Made by a program: the position numbers and the translations under genes. Below are positions 1-11,855 of a stretch of 64,000 nucleotides of DNA, piece after piece (within the stretch, counting starts at the first letter, position 1; the number at the start of each line of letters is the position of its first letter). The notes below the pieces were generated by a model. The model searched no databases. It was not told the DNA's origin and saw only the letters and a program-made list of their open reading frames with translations. Source of the stretch: Lobosporangium transversale (taxonomy: Eukaryota); contig NW_019029003.1 in the NCBI RefSeq assembly GCF_002105155.1, positions 62,001 to 126,000 on the forward strand, read 5' to 3'.

Positions 1-322
1 AACGACAGCATCACAAGAGGGCGGAATTGCATCTCTTCCTAGTAGCTCAACCATTGCCACGACAATGGCTGCCAATGTTGGACCAGAACCTTTATATGGT
101 GAAGAGTCGATCGACTCGGGTGAAGAAGTGCGATTCTCGATCGAAGTCTGCAGGATCAAGAACCTGCCAGGTATCTACTGCGTAGATATCCGTCGTATGA
201 AGGGCAACCTATGGGCCTACAAGTTCCTCTATCATGCCGTCCTCAACACCCTTGATCTCAATAGCAAGGGGGGCTATATCCCTACACTTCCTGACAATTT
301 GAAGGTCGTGCAAGCCCAGTAG
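1..322 (+). CDS. KIN1: 3' end of a Kin1/Kin2 (MARK/Par-1 family) Ser/Thr kinase, C-terminal KA1 domain; 5' part lies outside the window
   Basis: VRFSIEVCRIKNLPGIYCVDIRRMKGNLWAYKFLYHAVLNTLDL matches the fungal KA1 consensus; stop TAG at 320-322. Confidence 0.8.
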   Translation, partial: TTASQEGGIASLPSSSTIATTMAANVGPEPLYGEESIDSGEEVRFSIEVCRIKNLPGIYCVDIRRMKGNLWAYKFLYHAVLNTLDLNSKGGYIPTLPDNLKVVQAQ

Positions 323-994
323 AGAACAATATCTACTAGCAGTATCATCAAATATTGCAGCCTTATATACATGACCAAAAGCTCGCCAATTCATATTCCC
401 GCAGAAAAAAAAAAAAAAAAAAAAAAAATATCTGGGTCTTTTTTCTATACCTTTCTTATGTTTCTGTCCTAATTCCCATTAATGTCAAATTTTTGTTCTG
501 CAACTGTTTCTTTTCTTTTTTTCTTTCTTTCATACATGACTTTATTTTATTTTTTATTTTATTTTTTTCTATTTATTATATTTATTAATCATTATTCATG
601 ACACTCAAAAGAGAAAAAAAATAATAACAATGCTAATAAATGCTGTGAAAAAATAAAAATTAAAAAAAAGTAATGGAATTCAAAGCTCTATTTGAAATTA
701 TTGTGATACGAATATTGAATAAATTATTTGTAAATTTCATTCTGCTGATTGCATGTTAATTAAAATAATAATTAAAATAAATAAGTAAAATAATTAAATA
801 AAGTAGATATCAGGGATATAAAGAGAGAGCATTGACACGCGCTCATTGACTCTCTGGAATGGAAATATAAAAAAGAAAAAGGGCATAATCTTCATGAGCG
901 ACGCAGGAAGTATCTTTTTTTTTTTTTTTTTTTTTTTTTTTAGACTAGTGCCTTACGTGGGTTCGACCACATAACTTCGTTAATCATAATCATT

Positions 995-2163
995 CTAACG
1001 TCTCTTGGCGGGAGCGATGCCGATGGAGAGCCGTTCAAAGTCAAAGACACAGTAATTATTGCGGATAAAGACGTCGCCAAAGATCATGACATCTCCGGGA
1101 GTGGTAGTGACAGCGCTATAGCACCATCCAGGTTTGCGCATAACAGATTCTCTGATCAAGTCTTTTCTTCTGACAGAGAACGTGGTACCACCCATGGTAA
1201 AGTCGAGTGAACCCAAGGTTTGTTTTTTGACATCCTCACAAGGTAAGATCCAACCTTCCTGAGGATCGGAGGTTGCACCAATAGCCCTGTTGATTTCTTT
1301 GGCATATGGGATGGGGAAAACCAAGAGAGTGGTGCCAGTATCGATGATTGCCTCGCCATGAATATCAAGGTCTAGCCCATGAGCAACATTGTTAGCATTG
1401 TCGCCACGGTCATGGTGGACACTGATACTATCCACCTTGACCTGCCAATGCTTTGAATGGGTAACGGGCAAGTAAGTGAGGTTCCCGATGAAACGATCCG
1501 TGTCGATGGATCCAAAGATGAATTCGCCGTCGTTATCAGTATTATTCAGCCCTTTAATAGCAGGATCTTGTTGTTGTTGTTGTTGTTTTGATTGTCGATG
1601 TTCAGCGTCAGAGGAAGTAATGGAAGAAGAAGAAGAGCTACTATAGTCGTTGTCTGCTAGCCAAACTCCAAAGACGGGTGCAGCAATTAGCTCATGAGCC
1701 ATTAGGCCCTCCAAAACAGTGTTGCTGATTAATCCGGATCCGTTTTGTCTGTTGGTTAAATTAGTTTGAATTTCAAGTTTTTGTTGATGATCGATATGGA
1801 ACGTAGATAAGGTTGGGAATCCAAGACCAAAGACACCATCGACGACATCATCTAGGAAGCCAACAGACTCTCGATCAGCTAATCCGAAGAGTTGATTATG
1901 GATCGTGATATTCGAAAACTCAAGCCGATCAATCGCGAGCCGACCACTGGCAGAGGAGCCATCACCATATCTGATTTTCCAAGGAGCTTTGAGTTCGATA
2001 ATAGATGAAGAGAGTGAAGGATCGAACCGAGCATGGTTGGCGCATTTGATGTTATACTGTTCACATTGGATGGAGGGGATCCATAAATCGGAAGAGCCTG
2101 TATCCATATCGAGTTTAAACATTTGAGGCGGAGTTCCTATGCCTACAATGCCATAATACTACC

Positions 2164-2195
<32 letters not shown>

Positions 2196-2508
2196 TTAAT
2201 TTAAATGCGAATAGTTATAGTCTAGCAGTATAGCAGTAGCAGTAGCAGTAGCAGTAGTAATAACAGTATGTATATTATATTATATATCTTATAAAGTGTG
2301 TAATTCATTACTTCAATGTCATTTTCTACACTTATGACAGGTTGGCGGCCAAAATCTCTGGGACTGAGTCGATTATGAAGTCCATACTTCCTCATTGTCT
2401 TTGCATGGTGTCTGCGGGTATTTTGAAGAAAATGCACATTTTTGCGGATGGGGATCCTAACAAAGAAAACGTTAATGGTAATAGTATTAGTTAAAATATC
2501 AATGCGAG

Positions 2509-2539
<31 letters not shown>

Positions 2540-2652
2540 GGATTAGTGAGATGTGAATTTTCTTACTTGATAAAGGTGGCTTCTGCTAATAGGATGAAGT
2601 GATTACTAGAAACGACGGTTAGAGCACCCAATGCTGCTGTTAAGGGCTTCAT
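995..2652 (-). CDS. Secreted pepsin-like (A1) aspartic protease, 3 exons (~2652-2567, ~2456-2312, ~2160-995)
   Basis: Catalytic DTGSSDLW and DTGTT motifs, flap YGDGS, DGVFGLGF, IFGDVFIRNNYCVFD; hydrophobic N-terminus from ATG 2652; GT-AG introns. Confidence 0.92.
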
Positions 2653-2960
2653 TGGATGATACGCATATATTTATTAAATAAAGATACTTTTTAAAAAAAG
2701 CACGTGTGATATTTAAGGTATTTAGCGCTGATATTGTAGCCAAGTCGTTAAGTGCAGGAAGGTAATAAAAATAAAAATAAAACAAAATTTATAAAGTAAA
2801 TGGGGAAAAGGGAAAATCTATATCGGTTTTTATGTAGTGATACGACTCGCACTGTCGCCATTACGCGCCATAGGAAATTAAGACTGTCTGTGCGAGGAAA
2901 GCGCGTCCAACCTCAGTCAATTGGCCAATGAAAGTGTATGGTTGGATTGAAAATGTGGAT

Positions 2961-2992
<32 letters not shown>

Positions 2993-3572
2993 GACTGACG
3001 AGATAGGGGATTACGTAGAATAAAAAGAAGGCAGGGAAGAAGCAGTAACGCCAAAATAACATATTGAAGAGTGACGAAAAACTACTGAACAATAGGGTAT
3101 GTCATTAAGATAAAAAAAGTATCTGGGATCTTTATTTTATTTTATTTTTTTTGGTAGCTATTCGAATTATTTATTCGGATGCTTGCTAGAATAAAAACAG
3201 TTAATAAGCCCTACTAACTGGGTCCCATCATGACATTGCATCCCTGCTCACCCTAGACCCGCGTTGGCAGAGAATAGGCCTCTGTATCAGACTATTTATT
3301 TTATTTTATCTCTGATCAGATGTTAGTCTTAAAGAAGGAAAAAGTAGCAACATCGAATTTCATGCTTTTTATGCCTCACATGGCACTACAGTACTGAATT
3401 GACGTTGATAGATCAATATTTCACTCAAGGCACCTGACAGTCTTGCTTAATTAGCAACAATCCATTAGTAAATGGATATTATCGAGCAAGAACAACGTTG
3501 ATCACTTGCATCCAGGCTTCATTTTATTACGATGCTACATCTATAGATCATGTGCATTGGACATCGTTGTTT

Positions 3573-5417
3573 CTAACGATATTCATCCGCCGGATGGCCC
3601 ACATACTCTTCTTGTGAGGCTGTTATTGATTTTTCATCTACTTCCTGCATCTGCGAAGTATGCGGTACTGCCTGGGCCTCCTCCAAATCCGAATTATCCT
3701 CCTGAAAGCGAGTTCCTCCAGGTTTGAACCATTTCCTGCCCCAGAGAGCATAGTACAGTGCACAGAGGCCGATGACGAGTACAAAGGGTACGGCTGCATA
3801 GTTCATGTTTTCAGCCGTGACAGGAGCAAGTGTCGGGCACAAGAACAATACAGAAGTAATCACAATCCACAACGTTGACACAATTCCAACAGGGACTGAG
3901 AACTTCCCCAGGTTAAATGGTCCAGGTACAAACGTGTGCCTGGCCAAGACGATACGACAGAGGATAGGGATCAGGTATGAAATCGAGGAAGCGATTGTGT
4001 TGACTGAGACAATAGCCGAATACGCAGTCTCAGACCAGATATAGGGCAGACCCAACACAAAACAGAAGAGAATGTTGAACCAAACAGCTGCCACAGGACT
4101 TTTCTCCTTATTGAGTCGATGCAAGTATTCAGACAACGGTAAAGCCCCATCGCGTGCAAATGCATAGACCATTCGAGAGGACGAAAGCGTGAGAGCAGAT
4201 CCACAAAAGAATTGAGCGCCTAAAATGACCAAAATTAGGACAATGGCCCAAGTTTTCCCCGCAGAGTCCAAGAAGATTTGGCTCAGCGCGACGCCCACAG
4301 CTGGATTCACGATTTGGTTCTCAAAGCTAGTGATACAGAAAGTGACGCCAACTAAAAAGAACCATCCGACAGCAGAAGCCGTCAAAATAGCACGAATGAT
4401 TCCCCAAGGCCCACCTTGTTGAGCATTCTTGGTCTCTTCACTCATATGAGCCGCGCTATCGTATCCTGAGAGTGTATATTGAGACTGTAACAGACCCAAC
4501 ATGAAGACGTAAAATCCAGAGGACCAACCCGTGTTGTTTTGCCATGATGTAAACACAAACTCTGCAGATTGTTTCTCACTCGTCGTCACCAACAAGACAA
4601 CCACAATCAACATTGTGCCAAACACATGCCACCAGACTAGATGCGGGATATATAAGAAAAAAAAAAAAAAAAAAAAAGCTTTTTAGAATCATAAAATCAG
4701 GAGCAGAAGATGTGCCAATAATCGTATGCGGTAATTTCATCTGAATAAGAGCTTCTGACTTCTCCATCTCTCCTTTTTGTTTATCCCTTACCGGAGACAA
4801 TGTTAAAAAGACCATTCAATCGAACTGCCGAAGAATTGACAATACCGTGAAGGATGATGATACCGACATAGATAGCAAAAATCACATAGGTATTGGCATC
4901 GTACCCCGATGTCATTGAGATCATTGAGGCCAAGAACTGAGCCATGGCTAAGTCTGTACTAGCAATTGCCACTTTTGTTTTCACAAGAAAGAAAAAGAAA
5001 AGATTAGCTTTTGATCTTTCTTTTTATATGTTTACAAGTATATAACAGACAAAGGACATACCACACTGCGACCAGAACCAAGGAATAGTGAGGAATAGTC
5101 ATAAAAAAAAAGGGAAAAAGTCAATAAATGCTTTCTTTTTTCTTTTCCATTTCTTTTCATTTCCTGTTGCTGCGTGGCTTACCAATCCTAACCAATTGGT
5201 ATATCCAACGATCCAAGATGCCAGGGGCACCCAATCGGGACTACCGACCTTCACACCATTGATTACTCGACCTTCCAGAATCTTGATCGTCCAAAAGTAT
5301 AGTCCACCTGTTGTTGGATATGCAGAGCAGATCTCGGCCAATGATAAGCCAACCAGTAATGTGAACATACTGACCACCAACCATCCTAATGAGAAAATGG
5401 AAATAATAGCCGATTAG

Positions 5418-5456
<39 letters not shown>

Positions 5457-5505
5457 GTGGTGTGATCTATATCAAGGGAGCAGCACAGTTCCAAAGGACC
5501 AAAGG

Positions 5506-5547
<42 letters not shown>

Positions 5548-6293
5548 AGGGGAGAGGATTAATTGAACCCCTTTCAACCGCTTTCATTGAATTCTGGTGT
5601 TGTGATGATAGTTGTAATTGCTGTAATTGCTATTAATGACATTTGCTTTAGTTGCACCATACCCCAAATGACTGTAACGGGTCCTCCTGATTGCAGAGCA
5701 TCGCCATAGAGTGGTGTGAGACCTGAGAGGATAGACAGACAAGAGAAGGTGATACCGAATGTGCTAAATGCACTCAATGACCGATCAAGCGACTAAAAAG
5801 TGTGATTTAGTCAGCATTGTTAAGTGATCATTAGTGAGTTATCTTTCCATAAGGTTTCCTGTTATGTAAAGAAACAAAAGATAAAAGCAAGTAAAAAATG
5901 CTGAGAGGAACATTGATTCGCTAAATTCGACATTTTTAATAACGCTGATGATGTTATTTGTTGTAATCTTTGTGTCTTGTGCTCTTTTTCTTTTTCTACA
6001 AAGCATTCCTTTCTTCCCTTGATTCGATTCAGAATTCACCCATTTCTGGCTCTCCCGTAAGGCGGTTAGATAGTGCGCAAGAATTGGAGTAAACCAATAT
6101 GTGATCTGATCCGTCGTGAATGTTGTGAACGTCGCAAGAGATAAAAAGATGGAAAGGAGAGAAGAAAAACGAAGAGTAAGGTACAGATAAAAAATATTAT
6201 GAACAGATTACTAACCTGCTTGTAGCCTAGTTTTTCAAGGACAGCACGATCATGATCGTAGAGAGAGCCAGAATCTTCGGATTCAGTTTTCAT
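3573..6293 (-). CDS. APC-superfamily amino-acid/GABA/polyamine permease (UGA4/TPO5-like), multi-exon; start approximate
   Basis: LEKLGYKQ, AFSTFGITFS, LSLAEICSAYPTTGGLYFW, GYDSAAHMSEETKNA, SSRMVYAFARDGALP, PGPFNLG across ORFs 6066-6308, 5574-5777, 5099-5380, 4781-4984, 3573-4625. Confidence 0.92.
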
Positions 6294-7589
6294 TAACCTT
6301 AGTCTCAAGGTTCACTGATATTTTTGAGAAGAGGAGGGAAGGTGGAGAACAGAGGAGATAATCAGTAAGTGCGAGAACAGGAAAAGGAATGGCGGCAATT
6401 GACGGGAGTTAAGGTGGAAGGTGAGGAAAAAAAAAAAAAAAAAAAAAAGAAAAGAGGATGGATAAAATTTTTTTTGTTTTTTGTTTTTCGTGCCATGGTC
6501 GTGCAAGGTCCTGGATTGGATTGACAGCGCTGAGTTCCTGATTGGGTTCAAGTCCATTTTGGGGACATGATTTTGGATTTGTACATATTTTTCTATTTTT
6601 TTTTTTTTTTTTTTTTTGACTCTGCTCCGCTGACTTGGAGTCGACAACTCACCACGCGGGTTCTGGAAGTGCAAATTTGTAATTTTTTTTTTTTAAACTA
6701 AAATGAATCCTGCATCTCTATTAACTTTTTTTATTCTATTGGAAAATACTTGATAAGCAGTTTTATTGCTTTGCATGCAAAAGTTTAAATTTTATTTCCT
6801 CACAATCCTGTCCTGGCACAAATCAGCAAACTAATCCTTGTAAAGGTAAAATGCCTTGGTCAATGATCGAATTCAAGTCCACTGCTTGTTCCTGCTATCG
6901 CACAGCGGCTCTGATCTGTAAACGACTAAGATGACGAAGCCTCAAGCGGATCTATCGTCAACACATCATCCGTTACTGGCTTTGGCCATTGGGATGGTGA
7001 GGGGGAGGTGTACCTAGACCTGACTGAGGCGTTACTGTTGCAGTTGATGTTGATGTTGGTGGTACTGTTGGCCCTCTATAAGAGCGAAAGCGTGGAGGGA
7101 TTCCAGACTGATCATGGTTCCATCCTCCTCATCCTTTCCACCTTCGTCTTTATTATCATCCAAGAAAGCGCCATTCTTCTTCCTCTTACTCATTGCTGCC
7201 TGAAGCAGCATCTGTTCGATCTCTTCCTCATCCTCCTCTTCCATCATCAAGCTTTCAAGGCTAGTTAAATGTTGAATCATCTCTTCCTCAAAACGGTCTC
7301 GCACAAACGTTGGGCGATCTATAACACCCAAATAATTGGGGATCGGCCATTTGAAGGGAACAAAATGAAAAAGAAAAAAAATGAGCGAGTGGGGGGGGGG
7401 GGGGGGGGAACAAAGTGAAAAAGAAAAAAAGAGAGCAAGTGGGGGGTGTGAACTGAAAAAAATAAATGGTGAAGTGGTGTGAACTGAAAAAAAAGAGCAG
7501 GCGGATCCAAAAAAAAAAAAAAAAAAAAAAAAAGAGAGAGAGAGAGAGAGATAGTAGAAAAAGAAGACAGACAGCAAGTAAAGAAGGTT

Positions 7590-7700
7590 ATGATGTGAAT
7601 GAGAGTCATGGTGTGAATGAGGAAGTCATGGTGTGAATGAGGAAGTCATGGTGTGAATGGTGTGAATGAGGAAGCCATGATGTGAAGTGGTGTGAAGTGA
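7590..7700. repeat. Minisatellite with a ~20-bp unit (GTCATGGTGTGAATGAGGAA), about 3 good copies plus degenerate ones
   Basis: Tandem copies visible at 7604-7680. Confidence 0.85.
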
Positions 7701-7733
7701 GAGAAAAAAAAAATAAAAAAAAAAAAATAAAAG

Positions 7734-8629
7734 TGGGCTCGTTCCCATCCCTCTTCACTTTATAAAGGTGACAGGAAATTCCATTTCCTTTTTGGGTCAC
7801 CTAAAGTGAAGGGGCTGGGAAAAGGACTAAGGAAAAATGCACCCCCCCGTCAGAATAAAATTCTGAGCCCCGGTTGAGAATTCCCTTGACCCCCCGTCAA
7901 CATTCATTTTTTCGGAATTCTTACCCCTGTCCCCCCGTCAGAATTCCGGTACACCCCCCGTAAAGATTTTCAAAAGGACTAAGGAATAATGCGCCCCCCG
8001 TCAAATTGAAAAATGCCCCCCGGCTGAGAATTCCCATACCCCCCCCCGTTTTCACCCCCTTTATTCAGAATTGTTACCCCCCCGTCATCCACATTTAATT
8101 GTTTAAATCCTCACCCCCCTCAACATTTTAATCTGTTTTTTTTTTTTTTTTTTTTTTTTTGCCTCTCACTCCAAATCAAGTAATCAGATAAAGCTTTGTA
8201 ACGCTGCCGTTTGTTAGTTAAATATCCATCAAATACAAGAAGTATATTAAACAATAGATGTATAATTGGCAAAGACCTCTCTAAAAGCAAGACCAGTATA
8301 ATCCATGTAGCCATGTGACTTTTTTCTGAAAAAAAAAAAAAAAAAAAATTCATTTCCACGATCATGTCTTCATTCTAATAGTGTCAGTGATGAACCTCTC
8401 TAAAAGAAAGATATGTAGACCCCGCAGAATAATCATCTGTAAAAAAAAAAAAAAAAAAAAAGAGCCCTAAATGTTGGCGGGGGCGTGAGAATTTGCAGCA
8501 ATAAAAATGTTGACGGGGGGGTCCATTTTTCCTTTATTCTTTTTCCCAGCCCCTTCACTTTAGGTGACTCAAAAAGGAAATGGATTTCCTGTCACCTTTA
8601 TAAAGTGAAGAGGGATGGGAACGAGCCTA
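7734..8629. mobile_element. Non-autonomous Academ-like element (MITE), ~896 bp, with 119-bp imperfect TIRs (7734-7852 / 8511-8629)
   Basis: TGGGCTCGTTCCCATCCCTCTTCACTTTATAAAGGTGACAGG... is the reverse complement of ...CCTGTCACCTTTATAAAGTGAAGAGGGATGGGAACGAGCCTA; terminus T(A/G)GGCTCGT is shared with the adjacent AcademH; no credible ORF; no TSD found. Confidence 0.7.
7822..8090 (+). repeat. Subterminal array of CCCCCCGTCA-like motifs within a diverged ~150-bp tandem duplication
   Basis: AAAGGACTAAGGAA(A/T)AATGC..CCCCCCGTCA..CCCGG(T/C)TGAGAATTCCC occurs at ~7822 and again at ~7973. Confidence 0.75.
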
Positions 8630-8633
8630 GGGG

Positions 8634-9139
8634 TAGGCTCGTCACCAGCCTGAGGACGAAGCGCATGTGTGTTTACACGTGCTGCAAGGCAAGCGTGCCT
8701 AAAAAGGCAACTGGTGGCTTGCTCTTGCAGATGCTTCTCTCTCAGGCTGGAATCAAAAGTCGACTATTAGCTGGCGACTTAAATTTTTTGAATTTTTTTT
8801 TTTTCAAAGTCAAAAATCATATGGAAGAGCGTACAAAACACATGCAACTCACATTCATGCTTATATGGAGTCAATCTGGCATATATAGATCGGATACACA
8901 TATACTTTTCAACATTAACTTTTATCTTTCTTTCTCTCTCTTACCTTTCTTCTCCCTCTCCCTCTCCCTCTTCCTCTCTCTCTCCCTCACCACCTCACTC
9001 TTCCCCTCGCCTTCACCCCTTCTCTCACTCTCATTGCGCTCCCATTGCAATCTCATTACACACCTGCTACACACTCATTACCGACCTGTAGTTTTCTCTA
9101 ACATTTGCAAAAAAAAATTAATAAAATATTTTGCAACAT
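8634..9139 (+). repeat. Left TIR of AcademH (506 bp)
   Basis: Reverse complement of 15273-15778; the spurious ORF translations across both copies (MCVYTCCKAS...KYFAT) are identical. Confidence 0.95.
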
Positions 9140-11495
9140 GCCAAAAAGCAAGAAACAGACGAAACGTGCCACTTCTTTGAGAGCCGTTTATAACGTGATG
9201 GCAAAGCATAGGCTTTCGCTGAGGGCTTTTTTGAAAGCCTCGTTAGTGTCGCAAGACTCTAATATTAAGCGTAAGGTTAATTTTTTCTATGCAAATGATG
9301 GTCCTGCAGAAATTATCGACCTGTGGCAGCGAGGCATTACGGACCCGGAGCATATGAAGAGTGCTCTTTCTGGTGCTATTGAATTTGTTCTCCATTCTGC
9401 AAAGGATGAGCTCAGGGAGGTTACAGCAGATAACACGTTGCGACTTCCATCTAATGGTGTTTGTAAGGAGAGAACCGATAAGTTTTCACTTCAAAATATT
9501 GCCAACAGATTTCAATCCATTGCTCCTACCGTTTATTCGCTCCTGAATGGCCTTACCAGAGCGAATAAATCAAGTTCCAGGGATGCTACAACAGTAGTTC
9601 CTGTCATTGCAAGTATCTTTGGCTTCTTATACAGCAACAGATGCAATTATCTTCAAATGATGACTGGATTATATATGTTTGGTAAAGGTGCGCCTGTCAA
9701 GCTTGTCAATCTTTTCTCAAAGGCAGGACTTTCAGTTTCTCATCCCACAATCATGAGGGGTCTAAAGGCATTAAGTACGGACTCACGCGATCGTATCCAG
9801 GCTACAGTAAGAGAAGTGCCTTGGTATATCGTATACGATAATATAAATATGGCGTCTCACAAGCACCATCAACGACTTGGAAACAGGGACATATTTGTAA
9901 GTGGAACTACAGCAACTGCAATCGTCTCAAATGTTGCAGCCGAGGAGGAGATAAACTTCAAGCCCACACAATCCCTTCGCCTACAGGACTTGATGCCTAC
10001 TGATGACAATGAAGCTCATCTTCGAAAAGTTTTTCAATACCACTTGGTCGGAGTTCTACTCCGAAATTTTAAAAGATTTGATGGGCAATCAATGCCAGCA
10101 CCTACAAAGCACTTACTGACGCTCGAAAAGACGAAAACTTTTCCGCTTCCATCAATGCGTATTGACCAAGGAACGATTCGCGGTAACTTGGAAGTCTTGG
10201 AATTTATAACGGAAGCTGCGCTGGAACTCCCGCATGAATGGTTTGAGGGACGAAGAATACTCATTGCTGGTGACCAGCTGACGGTCAGTAGGCTCCGTTC
10301 ATTGAAGGAATTACGTGCAGACGATATCTCATCATACCACCGCCTTGACTGGGTCATACCTGTCATTCAGTTATTCCATCTTCAAATGCTTCTGGCCTCA
10401 ACAATTTTGCGTACCCATTATGGCACTGCTTCAACACCTGGTTCAATTGCGTTCAATGTATCGTTGCTTGAACGAAAGAGGGTTTCCCTAGAGAAGCCTG
10501 ATTTTCATGCCACAAATGAGCTTCTCCGCGAGTCATTTGATGCACTAGTACAACGGGCATGGGAGCTTACTCTACTAAGTACAAACTTGGAAGAATTTGC
10601 GGAAGGTGTCTCCGATGAAGTACTTAAAATTGAACTCATGGCGAAAGTGGACACATTAATTGATAGATTTCTTCTGACTGGCTCCTTAGAAATCCTCGAT
10701 GGGACCACATCTAGGAATTCCGCCTTGTTTCTCCGTGACATGCTTTTTTACTTGGAGCTATCGTCTGCGATCAAAGCAGGTGATCATGGGCGCATTGAAG
10801 AGATTCTAAAATGGATCACAATAATGTTTCAAGCCGGATCAACAAAAAACTATGCAAATGAACTTCTGCATCTACATTGCGGCTTTGCTTACTCCTGGTC
10901 CAAGCAAACAAAGGATGCCGTTAGATCTTCATGGCTAGTCAATACCACTGGCCAACCAAACCGTTGGATACCAGCAGACCTTTACCAAGAGCACAACAAT
11001 TTATTGATCAAGAATTTATTTAAAGCGAAACGAACCTGTGACCACTGGGAAATGGAGGAAGAGACACTTTCTGTCAATGTTCAGACTCCCGGTGATCTAT
11101 CGGACCAAATGGAGATTGATTTTAATATTCCATACACAGGCACTAAACATGAAAATATGTCGATGAGCGATGACATCTCAGCAATCCACAAGTCATTAGT
11201 AGAGTATTATATCTTTGACAACATACCTCAGGAGAAGAGGAATCATCCAAACTTTGGAAACGCCACATCAGTGGCTAATCTCCTCATAGAAGGCATAATA
11301 AAAATGAATGAAGGCAAGCGCATCCAATCATTCGTCAATTCAGTCTGTGTCCGGAAGCAGGGTGGGGATTTGAGCGTTGACAATGATATGAATGTAGATA
11401 ATGAGACGGAGATTGAAGACGAGGAGGAAGATATGCAGGACGATATTGTTGGTTTTGATATTACTGATTACGTCCATGCGACCTGTGAACAATAA
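9138..11495 (+). CDS. Academ transposase (DUF6589-like), 785 aa, uninterrupted and intronless
   Basis: WYIVYDNIN, GDQLTV, LFHLQM, GDHGRI, NYANELL, SWLVNTTG..RWIPADLYQEHNN; lies directly inside the left TIR. Confidence 0.85.
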   Translation: MPKSKKQTKRATSLRAVYNVMAKHRLSLRAFLKASLVSQDSNIKRKVNFFYANDGPAEIIDLWQRGITDPEHMKSALSGAIEFVLHSAKDELREVTADNTLRLPSNGVCKERTDKFSLQNIANRFQSIAPTVYSLLNGLTRANKSSSRDATTVVPVIASIFGFLYSNRCNYLQMMTGLYMFGKGAPVKLVNLFSKAGLSVSHPTIMRGLKALSTDSRDRIQATVREVPWYIVYDNINMASHKHHQRLGNRDIFVSGTTATAIVSNVAAEEEINFKPTQSLRLQDLMPTDDNEAHLRKVFQYHLVGVLLRNFKRFDGQSMPAPTKHLLTLEKTKTFPLPSMRIDQGTIRGNLEVLEFITEAALELPHEWFEGRRILIAGDQLTVSRLRSLKELRADDISSYHRLDWVIPVIQLFHLQMLLASTILRTHYGTASTPGSIAFNVSLLERKRVSLEKPDFHATNELLRESFDALVQRAWELTLLSTNLEEFAEGVSDEVLKIELMAKVDTLIDRFLLTGSLEILDGTTSRNSALFLRDMLFYLELSSAIKAGDHGRIEEILKWITIMFQAGSTKNYANELLHLHCGFAYSWSKQTKDAVRSSWLVNTTGQPNRWIPADLYQEHNNLLIKNLFKAKRTCDHWEMEEETLSVNVQTPGDLSDQMEIDFNIPYTGTKHENMSMSDDISAIHKSLVEYYIFDNIPQEKRNHPNFGNATSVANLLIEGIIKMNEGKRIQSFVNSVCVRKQGGDLSVDNDMNVDNETEIEDEEEDMQDDIVGFDITDYVHATCEQ

Positions 11496-11855
11496 ACCAA
11501 AGAGATTCTGTTTGCTTAATTTGTTTATTGAATGATAAAAATCTTCATGGTTCCCAAGATATAAATTTTATATTATTTTGTGATGTTGTTGGACTACTTA
11601 GCTCTTTGCGCTTTCGTGAAGACCGAGATGTCAGTTTCTCTTTTCTAGGGTGCTCCTGCGGTTGTTCCTGCGGTGGCTCGTGCTCTTGTAGTCCTTCTTG
11701 CAATGGTTGTTGACATTGCAGTGGTTGTCTGAGCAGCAACTGATTCAGCGGCGGCTGTAACAGCAGTTGCTGCGTTGGTGGATTACTCAAAATTGCTTGC
11801 AATATCTGTTGCAAAAGTAGTTGCTGTTGTTCCAGTGGTTGTTGCAACTCTGATA

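Noticed and set aside
8634..8635. TA target-site duplication for the 7.1-kb element (Tc1/mariner-like reading)
   Set aside because: TA is self-complementary and fits as the TIR terminus; a perfect 9-bp direct repeat lies immediately outside it and matches AcademH behaviour
8485..9180. 231-aa ORF and its mirror at 15211-15747
   Set aside because: Low-complexity translations of the TIR (F/L/S runs); they are identical only because the TIRs are
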